64,000 nt of DNA from an uncultured Syntrophaceae bacterium. Its GTDB lineage: Bacteria > Desulfobacterota > Syntrophia > Syntrophales > PHBD01. The number at the start of each line of letters is the position of its first letter. Position 1 is the first letter of the stretch. The DNA lies in the NCBI GenBank assembly GCA_964558665.1, contig CAZLFA010000005.1, forward strand, positions 7,603 to 71,602, in the 5' to 3' direction. Below, in pieces: positions 39,298 to 46,776 of this stretch. The position numbers and the translations under genes are program-made. Below the pieces are notes generated by a model that was given only the letters and a program-made list of their open reading frames with translations, did no database searches and was not told the origin of the DNA.

Positions 39298-42200
39298 TTA
39301 TTCCAGTCTCTTGTCTTTCCAGTAAAGTATATTTGTCCGGTTCGAAACGCCCGGCGGATTGAAGTTGATGCGTGTCGTATTTGCTGAAGTTCCGCTGCCG
39401 CCGCTTACTGTCACGTAAAGATCAGACATTGATGACCCGCCCGGTCTCATTGATATGATCGGGGCTGACGATATGCCTGATCCCACCGACATCGACCTGC
39501 TTCCGCTCGAGAAAACCGGCCCGCCCGTTACCATGTTTATCGCGTAAAGATACGAAGCTCCTCCCTGGTCGCACGGATTGTTTCCACTTGCGGGAACATA
39601 AGATGTGAAATAGGCGACACCGCCAAAAACAGTAGGATCAGCCAGAATCTTTTCGCCGCTTCCCGACAGGTTTATGTAATAACCGACTTTTGTTGTTGAA
39701 GATGTATCATATGTCGATCCGGCGGAAGTAATGTTATCGAGATCGTTTATGCTGTATGTCGTCGTGCGGTTGTTGTCCTTCACGGCAAAGAATTTCTCCT
39801 GCGCGTTGGATGCCGTAGGATCTACCTTGTCGCCCGTACCCCATTGAACCCACATATTGCCGCTCGAATCCTTTGCCACCACGGGAATTGTATAGATCGG
39901 CCTGATTGTGCCCGTCGATGCTCCAAAGAGTTTGCTTCCGGTCCAGTTTCCGGTATTGCAGGTGGCAGAGGCATCAAGCATCGCCTTGGTGCACATCTTG
40001 AAACGCCACATGGTGCCGCCGAGATCTCCGATATACACGGTATCTACGAAACTGTCGTTGTCTGTATCCACAATGGCCGCTGTTCCCGGAAGGCTGTAGT
40101 CCATGTCGGCGTTATCGGCATGGGTGTAGCTCCAGAGGATATTTCCGTTGCTGATATCTACAACGTAGAAACCCTTGCCCCGCGTATCGCAGGTGCCGCC
40201 TCCGGAACAGTCGGCGGCGTTGTATCCGGCCCCGACAAAGGCGGCCCATTTCTCTTCTTCGGAACCGCTGGTTTTGATCAGAACTCTGCCTGTCATGAAC
40301 TTGTTCCAGGGCTCCCCTATATACGGCGCCAACGTGGAACCAGGATTGATGCGCCAGGGAGATTTCGACGCCGTCGGGTAATCCGTTTTGCTTGATACAT
40401 TAGTAATAGGATCAGTAATGTCAAATATCCAGTATCCGCAGTAGTAAGGATACGATGTGGAATATGTAGCGGAAAATCCTTCGTCACAGTACTGGGAAGA
40501 GCTCCATGTCCACGAGGAAGCGCCGCGGCCCTCGCCGAATGCAAGAATTGTATGCCAATCGGTGCTTGTTTTCGATGTCCCGCTGCTTCCGGCCGACCAC
40601 CACACATCCGCCACGGTCACAGGGCCATCGACAAAATAGGCATGTGTCTGGGTGGTAGGATGGACGTTGTGGGCTATGTTTTTCAGCTTCAGCATCAGGT
40701 TCGGCGGGACAAAGCTCCAGGCCTCCGAGCCGTCGGTGGTTTTAAAGGCATGGAACTGCCCGTCATTCGCACCTGCCACGATCAGGCGATTTCCCTGTTC
40801 GGTGGTTGTGGCACAACTTGCAGCCCGGCAATGATCGCAGCGGTGCTTGGCAAAGGCGTTGATTGAGGTGGTAGTGCCGCAGCTATATGTTTTATTCGTG
40901 TCCCGCGCATCGTCATAGAACGCCGAAGGCGTCCCGACGGTTATCGGCGTGGCGCGGAAGATGTCCCCCAGTTTCCAGTTTTCCAGATTATAAGTACTGT
41001 CTCCGCGTATGAAGCCGACGATCATGGTCGCCTGCGAACTCGTGCAGTTATAACTGCAGTTCGTCTGTGATACCGTGCAAAAACCGCTGTTGCAGTTGGT
41101 GCCGGTACAGTTGGTCGTATCTGCCGTACAGGCGGAACTGTTTCCGTAAAGTATGCTTGTATATAAATCTTCAGTCGCAATATTGGAGGTTGTAAACTTT
41201 TTCAATTCCGCGGTGCCCGTTAAAAGACCGGTTCCGGAATCGCGACTCCTCTTGTAAGTCAGGATGTTCCGGCAGCCGGAACCTGCTGACGTCAGCGTGG
41301 TGGTGCACTCCGAAGAGACCGCAGACTGCAGGACACTGCCGGCGTCCCATATAACGGATCCCACCGAGCCGTCGGAGTTGATCTGGTACTTTTTCAGGTG
41401 GCCGAGCCAGAAAGACTCATTTTCGACGGGCTGGAAGGAGCCTTCGTAGAGGTAGTTTTCATCCTGGGTACGCGATGACTGCACGGAGGCCTGTGAAAAT
41501 GAATAAGTCGCTTCCCTGATGATATCGATGGCGGAACGCATCGCCTGTGAAAGCTGAGTGGCGTTTCCGGCCAGAAAGGCATAACCGGCAAGAGAGGCGG
41601 TACCGGGTTCGTTGGTTGTCGCACAATCATATGATGTTGAACCTGAACCCGTACAGGCGGCGGAGGTATCAGACATGCAGGAAGTAACGCCTGTCGGAAA
41701 CAGGTTGGCGGCACCGGAAGCGATAGAGTAACCGGTGGTAGAGCCGGTGTTGACCAGAAGCGGATTGTCGGTCCCGCCGTAGTAGGCCATCCAGTTGAGA
41801 GTGTTTTCAAAGATGTCGGGCATTCCTGAACCGAAACCGACGATAAATGTCTGATAGCCGGCCTCCTTCAATGCCTTCGCTTGTGCTACAGATTCCCGAC
41901 GCCTTTTGTAGGAACCGGACGTGTATTCAGCGCCGTTGCCCCCGCAGGCGTAGGTATCCGAGCCGTCGGTCATCATGATGACAAATTTTTTCCGGCAGCT
42001 TCCCGCATTGTCCGCCGCCTTGTTGGCGTCGAGATAGAGTTTTGCCTCATTGAGCGCCGCCGCCAGGGGCGTGCCGCCGCTGGCATATTCTCCGACTGCG
42101 CACTCTGTGGCCGTGGAGCATTTGTCGCCGCCGGATGTAACGCAAGAGGTTGTAGTCGTTGAACAGCTTGTTTTGTTGTTGCAGAAGATGCAACTGTACT

Positions 42201-42630
42201 TTACGCCCAGCTCTTTTCCGCTCACCAGGCGAATGCTGCCTGTTGAATAGTCGCCGTCGTCATTGCCGCCGGCATCCCGGTAACGCATAAAACCGATGCG
42301 GATCCCCAGGGTACTCTCATCCTGGGCATCGATCGTGCCGTCGCCGTTGTCGTCGAGGACATTGGCTATCGCGCGCTTGGCGATGGCAAGCCTGCTGCAG
42401 TCAACGGTATGGCCTGAACCGGAACTGCTGTAAAACGGGCCGGCACAGGTTGAATCCCCGTATATATTGCTTCCCCCGGCGGGATTCCATGACATACTGC
42501 CGGAGAGATCGAGGACAATGAGGGCGTCGGGGGCCACGGAGGTGAAGATGGCGGTCTCGTCGGCCTGTGCTCCGCCGACGGCAAGAACAACCATCAATGC
42601 ACAAATAATTTTCAGCAAATGCTTCTTCAT
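39298..42630 (-). CDS. pilY1: PilY1-like type IV pilus tip-associated protein with N-terminal vWA domain, unusually Cys-rich
   Basis: Signal peptide, vWA MIDAS DLSGSM (42493-42510) and MMTDGSD, C-terminal propeller-like region with a DTDNDSFVD loop (40042-40068). Follows pilX with a 10-nt gap. Confidence 0.85.
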   Translation of the reverse strand: MKKHLLKIICALMVVLAVGGAQADETAIFTSVAPDALIVLDLSGSMSWNPAGGSNIYGDSTCAGPFYSSSGSGHTVDCSRLAIAKRAIANVLDDNGDGTIDAQDESTLGIRIGFMRYRDAGGNDDGDYSTGSIRLVSGKELGVKYSCIFCNNKTSCSTTTTSCVTSGGDKCSTATECAVGEYASGGTPLAAALNEAKLYLDANKAADNAGSCRKKFVIMMTDGSDTYACGGNGAEYTSGSYKRRRESVAQAKALKEAGYQTFIVGFGSGMPDIFENTLNWMAYYGGTDNPLLVNTGSTTGYSIASGAANLFPTGVTSCMSDTSAACTGSGSTSYDCATTNEPGTASLAGYAFLAGNATQLSQAMRSAIDIIREATYSFSQASVQSSRTQDENYLYEGSFQPVENESFWLGHLKKYQINSDGSVGSVIWDAGSVLQSAVSSECTTTLTSAGSGCRNILTYKRSRDSGTGLLTGTAELKKFTTSNIATEDLYTSILYGNSSACTADTTNCTGTNCNSGFCTVSQTNCSYNCTSSQATMIVGFIRGDSTYNLENWKLGDIFRATPITVGTPSAFYDDARDTNKTYSCGTTTSINAFAKHRCDHCRAASCATTTEQGNRLIVAGANDGQFHAFKTTDGSEAWSFVPPNLMLKLKNIAHNVHPTTQTHAYFVDGPVTVADVWWSAGSSGTSKTSTDWHTILAFGEGRGASSWTWSSSQYCDEGFSATYSTSYPYYCGYWIFDITDPITNVSSKTDYPTASKSPWRINPGSTLAPYIGEPWNKFMTGRVLIKTSGSEEEKWAAFVGAGYNAADCSGGGTCDTRGKGFYVVDISNGNILWSYTHADNADMDYSLPGTAAIVDTDNDSFVDTVYIGDLGGTMWRFKMCTKAMLDASATCNTGNWTGSKLFGASTGTIRPIYTIPVVAKDSSGNMWVQWGTGDKVDPTASNAQEKFFAVKDNNRTTTYSINDLDNITSAGSTYDTSSTTKVGYYINLSGSGEKILADPTVFGGVAYFTSYVPASGNNPCDQGGASYLYAINMVTGGPVFSSGSRSMSVGSGISSAPIISMRPGGSSMSDLYVTVSGGSGTSANTTRINFNPPGVSNRTNILYWKDKRLE

Positions 42631-42640
42631 TTAACCCTCC

Positions 42641-43156
42641 TCATCTCGACATCGTCGAAATTTCAATTGGCCCGTAGCCGACTCCGACCCCGATAGCCGC
42701 AGTTGTATTGTACTTGGTATTCCGGCCTGTAACAGTTACATTGTAGCGCCTCTGCCCCCACGTCTGACCTCCTCCGATGGAATACCCGACCATGGGAATA
42801 AATACCGGCCCCGTAGTCGGTACGGTAGGCGTACCTATTGTGTACAGCGACGTCGGATCGACGGCGATGTCATCCGCAACCGTGGTTCCGGCACTGGCGG
42901 CAAGATTCTGCGGGTCAAAGGTCATGGTAAGGCGGTTAATGCCCTTCTCTGCAGCGGCAAGCGCCTTCTTGTCTCCCATGACCTGTACACTTGTCCTGAC
43001 ATCCTGAGTTGACAAGGCAACGACGAGCATCGCCAGGGCCATCAGGATCATAGAGGCGATTATCGCCAGAACCAGGGCAAATCCCTGCTGAGATCCCAGC
43101 CTGGGAAGGTTACCGATCATAATAGCCGTGATATCCTTTTTATTGTGCTGGTGCAT
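42641..43156 (-). CDS. pilX: PilX-like minor pilin
   Basis: QQGFALVLAIIASMILMALAMLVV hydrophobic N-terminus without Glu5, as is usual for PilX. Operon position. Confidence 0.6.
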   Translation of the reverse strand: MHQHNKKDITAIMIGNLPRLGSQQGFALVLAIIASMILMALAMLVVALSTQDVRTSVQVMGDKKALAAAEKGINRLTMTFDPQNLAASAGTTVADDIAVDPTSLYTIGTPTVPTTGPVFIPMVGYSIGGGQTWGQRRYNVTVTGRNTKYNTTAAIGVGVGYGPIEISTMSR

Positions 43157-43859
43157 GGTTCCTCACAATCACACTTGATGAATAGATTATCCTTGACGGC
43201 TGATTGGTTGTCGGATTCGCGTATTCCGTTTCCACGGCAAGAATTATGTCAATCCTCCTGATATCCGGCATGGTGGCGGCGGTAAGGGTTGACCCGGGTA
43301 GCAGCTCCGTCCCGGATCCGTTGAAGTAGCGAAAAACAGGCAGGCCCAGGGTGGTGTTTATCACCCTGACAGTTTTCTGATTGCCAACGCTGCCGCCCAA
43401 TAGAGGCTGGCCGCCGGGACTGCAACTGCCGGGCGGAGGTCTTTTGGATTCTCTGGTAATCTGCTGGTTAGCCGTATCGTAATTAAAGCGGATGATTTCG
43501 TTTTCCACATCACCGATTGATGAACTCTCGTTTATATCCATTTGAACAGTAATGGAGTTGGCGGTCGCTTCCTGAATTCCTTTATAAGTGGGAGTTGCAG
43601 AGGTACTGAAACAGTTCGCGGTGCTCAGCCACAATTCGGAGTCCATCACAAAATTGGGGTTGAACGATGCCATGCGGATTTCCATTTCCATCAACCCCAG
43701 GGCTGCCTTTTCGTCCTGTTGTGCCATTACTCTTCTTTCAATACCGCTTGATGAGCGTTGGGCTATATTCACAACGCCGTAAATCGCCACCAGCAGCAAC
43801 ATGCCGATCGTCATCGCCACTACAATCTCAACCAGGGTAAAACCTTTATGATTTTTCAT
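43140..43859 (-). CDS. pilW: PilW-like minor pilin
   Basis: Prepilin motif KGFTLVEIVVAMTIGMLLL. The ATG at 43859 forms an ATGA overlap with the pilV stop. The long upstream extension in the ORF track was rejected. Confidence 0.7.
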   Translation of the reverse strand: MKNHKGFTLVEIVVAMTIGMLLLVAIYGVVNIAQRSSSGIERRVMAQQDEKAALGLMEMEIRMASFNPNFVMDSELWLSTANCFSTSATPTYKGIQEATANSITVQMDINESSSIGDVENEIIRFNYDTANQQITRESKRPPPGSCSPGGQPLLGGSVGNQKTVRVINTTLGLPVFRYFNGSGTELLPGSTLTAATMPDIRRIDIILAVETEYANPTTNQPSRIIYSSSVIVRNHAPAQ

Positions 43860-44293
43860 ACGCATCCAAACCTGAAACGTTCCTGCCTTGTAACAACAAG
43901 GCTTTCCGTTACTCCTGTATTGTTTATCGGGGGCCAGGTAACCGTGACAGTCACCCGCCATGCGTTTGTAGCAATATTCGTTATTGTCGTTTGTACCTGA
44001 TATACGGCATCTCCCTGAACCGAGCCTGTCGTACCGCTTATCTTTACAGACTCTGTCGGTAAAGTGCCCGTGGTTACTGCAAAGCAGGGGTTCATGATCA
44101 GCGATTCCCGCAACTCCAGCTGGCTTTGCAGTATGCCTGCCGCCCGGCCAAGATAGTCTGATCTGGCTGTCATCTTCCATGCTGATGGCTGCAGGGCAAG
44201 CAGCGCCAGGATGCCGGTTACGGTTATCATTATTGCTATCAGCACTTCTATTAAGCCGAATCCTCGTTTATTATTGCATATTGAAAGTGACAT
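43856..44293 (-). CDS. pilV: PilV-like minor pilin
   Basis: KRGFGLIEVLIAIMITVTGILAL prepilin cleavage/methylation motif. Confidence 0.7.
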   Translation of the reverse strand: MSLSICNNKRGFGLIEVLIAIMITVTGILALLALQPSAWKMTARSDYLGRAAGILQSQLELRESLIMNPCFAVTTGTLPTESVKISGTTGSVQGDAVYQVQTTITNIATNAWRVTVTVTWPPINNTGVTESLVVTRQERFRFGCV

Positions 44294-44747
44294 AGGCCTT
44301 TCCTGTCGTACTTACAGTGATGACTGCTGTTGACCCCCTGCTGTTTCTTAAAGTAACCGTACCGTTTGGATCGCTTGTTCCCCGTACTCTGAAGAAAATT
44401 TGCTTTGTGCCTGAAAAATTGGCTGCTGATATCGCAATATCGGCGTCAAATGTTCTCGGTGTCTTGGTTTGATAAGTATTAAATACCGTCGGCGTAGCCG
44501 TCTCTGCATAAGATATAACATAGTTGTTATTGCTGGAATCATCAAAAGTAATTTTGTAGATTCTGCTCTCGCTTCTCGCCTTTTCTTTTGCATTTGCCAT
44601 GTCTGCTTGGACATCCCTGGCTGCTGATCGCAAATTGGCATTTGAAGAGTATCTGTTCCAGGTAAATGTGGTAAAAGTTGCCAAAATGCCCATAATGAAC
44701 ATTACGATCAGTACTTCCACCATTGAAAAGCCGCGTCTGTTTTTCAT
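44271..44747 (-). CDS. fimT: FimT/FimU (GspH-like) minor pilin
   Basis: MKNRRGFSMVEVLIVMFIMGILA prepilin motif. About 158 aa. First pilin of the operon. Confidence 0.7.
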   Translation of the reverse strand: MKNRRGFSMVEVLIVMFIMGILATFTTFTWNRYSSNANLRSAARDVQADMANAKEKARSESRIYKITFDDSSNNNYVISYAETATPTVFNTYQTKTPRTFDADIAISAANFSGTKQIFFRVRGTSDPNGTVTLRNSRGSTAVITVSTTGKAYVTFNMQ

Positions 44748-45601
44748 TACATCTTTCCGTCTATGGTCTGTATAAGTTCATCCTCGGGCAACGCCCCTTC
44801 GCGAACCCGCCCATCCGGCATGATTATGGTCGGAGTTGCTCCGAAACCGAGAGATTGCGCCAATTTTTTTGAATTATCGATCTCCTCGGTGTTGCATTCC
44901 ACTTTTTTTATCTCTTTTCTATCGAAATTATCTTCAAGCATTTTCATTGATTTACTGCACACGACACTCTTTGCCTTCCAATATGCGTCCTTATGAAAAT
45001 CGAGTGGAAAAAATTTTATATAGAAGGAGATGTCTTTTCGTTTCAAAGCAATCTGCTTAATCGTCTTATGAAGCTGGCCGCAGAAACCGCAATCCGGGTC
45101 CGTAAACAAAATTACCTTTTTTGAAGCTGCAGTTTCACCTACCACCAATGCCTCATTCAAAGGAATCGCTGATATATCGACTTTTTTATTATCCTTTATC
45201 TTCCGTATCGTCTCTGCCGTAAAATTTACCATGGGATCAAGTCCGATCAGCGAACCCATCATCACATATTTCTTGTTCACATCGACATATAGAATATATG
45301 GCTTCCGCCTGCTTTCAATTACAATCTCGCAAAATCCCTTTGCCGCACTGTCCGACCAACTGACAATTTTTACATCCGATGCATCAAGCTTTTTCAATAC
45401 ACCCCTGATATCCTCCTCGGTGAAAGTTGTACAAGTTGTCTGCGAAGATTTCTGCTGTATAACCTTTGAAGATTTCTTGCCCCTGTCACTCTTGGATTCC
45501 TTTCCCCAGGCTGCAGTTCCCGTCTGAACAATAAACAATAATAAGACGAAACAAAAAACCAGACCTTGATTCTTCGGCTGTTCAAATCGATTCATTATCA
45601 A
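44747..45601 (-). CDS. DsbC/DsbG-like periplasmic thiol:disulfide isomerase
   Basis: FTDPDCGFCGQLH (compare E. coli DsbC FTDITCGYCHKLH), thioredoxin fold with an N-terminal domain, signal peptide. TTG at 45601 lies 9 nt after AGGAGG (45611-45616); the ATG at 45595 is an alternative. The stop overlaps the fimT ATG by 1 nt. Confidence 0.75.
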   Translation of the reverse strand: MIMNRFEQPKNQGLVFCFVLLLFIVQTGTAAWGKESKSDRGKKSSKVIQQKSSQTTCTTFTEEDIRGVLKKLDASDVKIVSWSDSAAKGFCEIVIESRRKPYILYVDVNKKYVMMGSLIGLDPMVNFTAETIRKIKDNKKVDISAIPLNEALVVGETAASKKVILFTDPDCGFCGQLHKTIKQIALKRKDISFYIKFFPLDFHKDAYWKAKSVVCSKSMKMLEDNFDRKEIKKVECNTEEIDNSKKLAQSLGFGATPTIIMPDGRVREGALPEDELIQTIDGKM

Positions 45602-45789
45602 GCGGCAGCACCTCCTGAAGTTTATCAACCATTTATTATTCTTTAAAAAAATGTTTAATAATTATACCTTGAGTTAAAAGTTTTAACAATATATTTACTT
45701 TGCTCGGTTTTAGGAATTTGTTTTTGGCAGGGGCTTTGGAACACCTCTTCCGGGGCTAAACACCTATCCCAGAGGAGGTGCTATGCTCA

Positions 45790-45880
45790 CCCGGCAACCC
45801 TGCTGCCATATCCAATTCACTTAAGACTTAGGCCAGAAGCTCTGCGTCCCACCCTTTCGGATGGTTTGCCTTTATCAGGA
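45790..45880 (-). promoter_or_regulatory. c-di-GMP-I (GEMM-I) riboswitch aptamer
   Basis: Minus-strand AAAGGCAAACCAUCCGAAAGGGUGGGACGCAGAGCUUCUGGCCUAAGUC..GGAUAUGGCAGCAGGGUUGCC. It matches the remembered Vc2 core GGGCAAACCAUUCGAAAGAGUGGGACGCAAAGCCUCCGGCCUAAAC almost base for base. GAAA tetraloop hairpin plus both halves of the 11-nt tetraloop receptor (CCUAAG/UAUGG). Confidence 0.8.
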
Positions 45881-45933
45881 AAAGCAATCAACAATGAGAA
45901 ATTGACACTTGTTTACTATTAATGGGGTGATAA

Positions 45934-45962
45934 ACAGTAACACCAATAGATTATGTTGTCAA
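45934..45962 (-). promoter_or_regulatory. sigma70-like promoter candidate for the riboswitch-led operon
   Basis: Minus strand: TTGACA (45957-45962), 17-nt spacer, TACTGT (45934-45939), about 50 nt upstream of the aptamer. Confidence 0.3.
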
Positions 45963-46089
45963 TAAAAAATATTACCCACGCCGAATTCTCTCTTGACACG
46001 TTACAGGTGCTGTGTTAGCGTTCAAACCAATTCTAATAATATTGAAATATCGCAATAATATCAATGCACAACAGCATGCGGTTGCCTTG

Positions 46090-46776
46090 ATGATCACGGA
46101 AACTGATTCCCTAAAAAAAAGAATAGCTGATTGTATCGAAAGAAAAAAATTGGCCGATGCCAAGAATCTCTTAATGCAGCAATTGAATGAACACCCCATG
46201 GATATTGAAGCAAAAATGCTTCTTGGAAGGGTATTGATTGAGGCAGGGGAAGTGCGAGCGGCATTTGAAGTTTTTCGAGAAATCGAATCCGCTTTTATTG
46301 ACTTAAGCATGTTTTTTGTGCATCTTGGCGACATATACAGAAACCGGGGCATGAACAGGGAAGCCACGGACTGTTATCATAAATTTCTGGATTTAAACCC
46401 CGGATCGGCAATTTCCAAGGAACTCTCAGTTACCATAGATTCTTTAATCGGTAATCATGAATCATACAGCGGGGACAAAGATTCCTCAAAAGAAATGGCA
46501 GGAATTGCACCTGAATTCTATACAATCACATTAGCTGATCTTTATGTAAGGCAGGGACATATAGACATGGCCTGCGAAGTTCTTGAGAAAATGCTTATAA
46601 AAAACCCTGCCAACGAAGATGCAGCGAAATTGCTGAGAGAACTTAAGCCAGTTACTTGTAGCGAATCGGATTCAGGTGTTTTAAAAAACAAAAAAATGGA
46701 AATTGTTATTAACAAGCTCACCCAGTGGCTTAATAAGTGCATTGATCGCAAGGCAGATCAACCAATGGTGCATTGA
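46090..46776 (+). CDS. TPR repeat protein (cytoplasmic)
   Basis: Several TPR-like helical pairs (LLGRVLIEAGEVRAAFEVF..., LGDIYRNRGMNREATDCYHKFLDLNP, LADLYVRQGHIDMACEVLEKMLIKNP). The start is uncertain. 4-nt overlap with pepP. Confidence 0.55.
   Translation: MITETDSLKKRIADCIERKKLADAKNLLMQQLNEHPMDIEAKMLLGRVLIEAGEVRAAFEVFREIESAFIDLSMFFVHLGDIYRNRGMNREATDCYHKFLDLNPGSAISKELSVTIDSLIGNHESYSGDKDSSKEMAGIAPEFYTITLADLYVRQGHIDMACEVLEKMLIKNPANEDAAKLLRELKPVTCSESDSGVLKNKKMEIVINKLTQWLNKCIDRKADQPMVH

Noticed and set aside
39844-42250. Many plus-strand ORFs of 60-183 aa inside pilY1 (for example 39844..40395, 40552..40866, 41881..42162), and minus-strand off-frame ORFs (41394..41810, 42366..42604).
   Set aside because: These are shadow ORFs in a G+C-rich, stop-poor region. 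Their products are Arg/Pro/Gly-rich, and the 1110-aa frame has clear vWA and PilY1 motifs.
43860-44180. The 107-codon N-terminal extension of the 346-aa ORF 43140..44180 (minus strand).
   Set aside because: The extension fully overlaps pilV in another frame and looks non-protein-like (Arg/Cys/Gly-rich). A prepilin motif (KGFTLVE) follows the internal ATG at 43859, which also forms an ATGA overlap with the pilV stop.
45725-45745. Sigma54-like motif on the plus strand: TGGCAG-gggct-TTGGA.
   Set aside because: The -12 element is GG instead of GC. The motif lies inside the riboswitch expression platform of the opposite strand and about 350 nt from the next plus-strand start. It is probably chance.
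45700-45890. First reading: a plus-strand small RNA (6S-like, about 175 nt) with promoter TTGAGT..TATATT and a weak terminator-like hairpin CCCACCC-UUUC-GGAUGG.
   Set aside because: No closing stem between the 5' and 3' ends as a 6S RNA would need. The 'terminator' is the GAAA-tetraloop hairpin of a GEMM-I aptamer read on the wrong strand, and the minus-strand reading explains every conserved-looking block.
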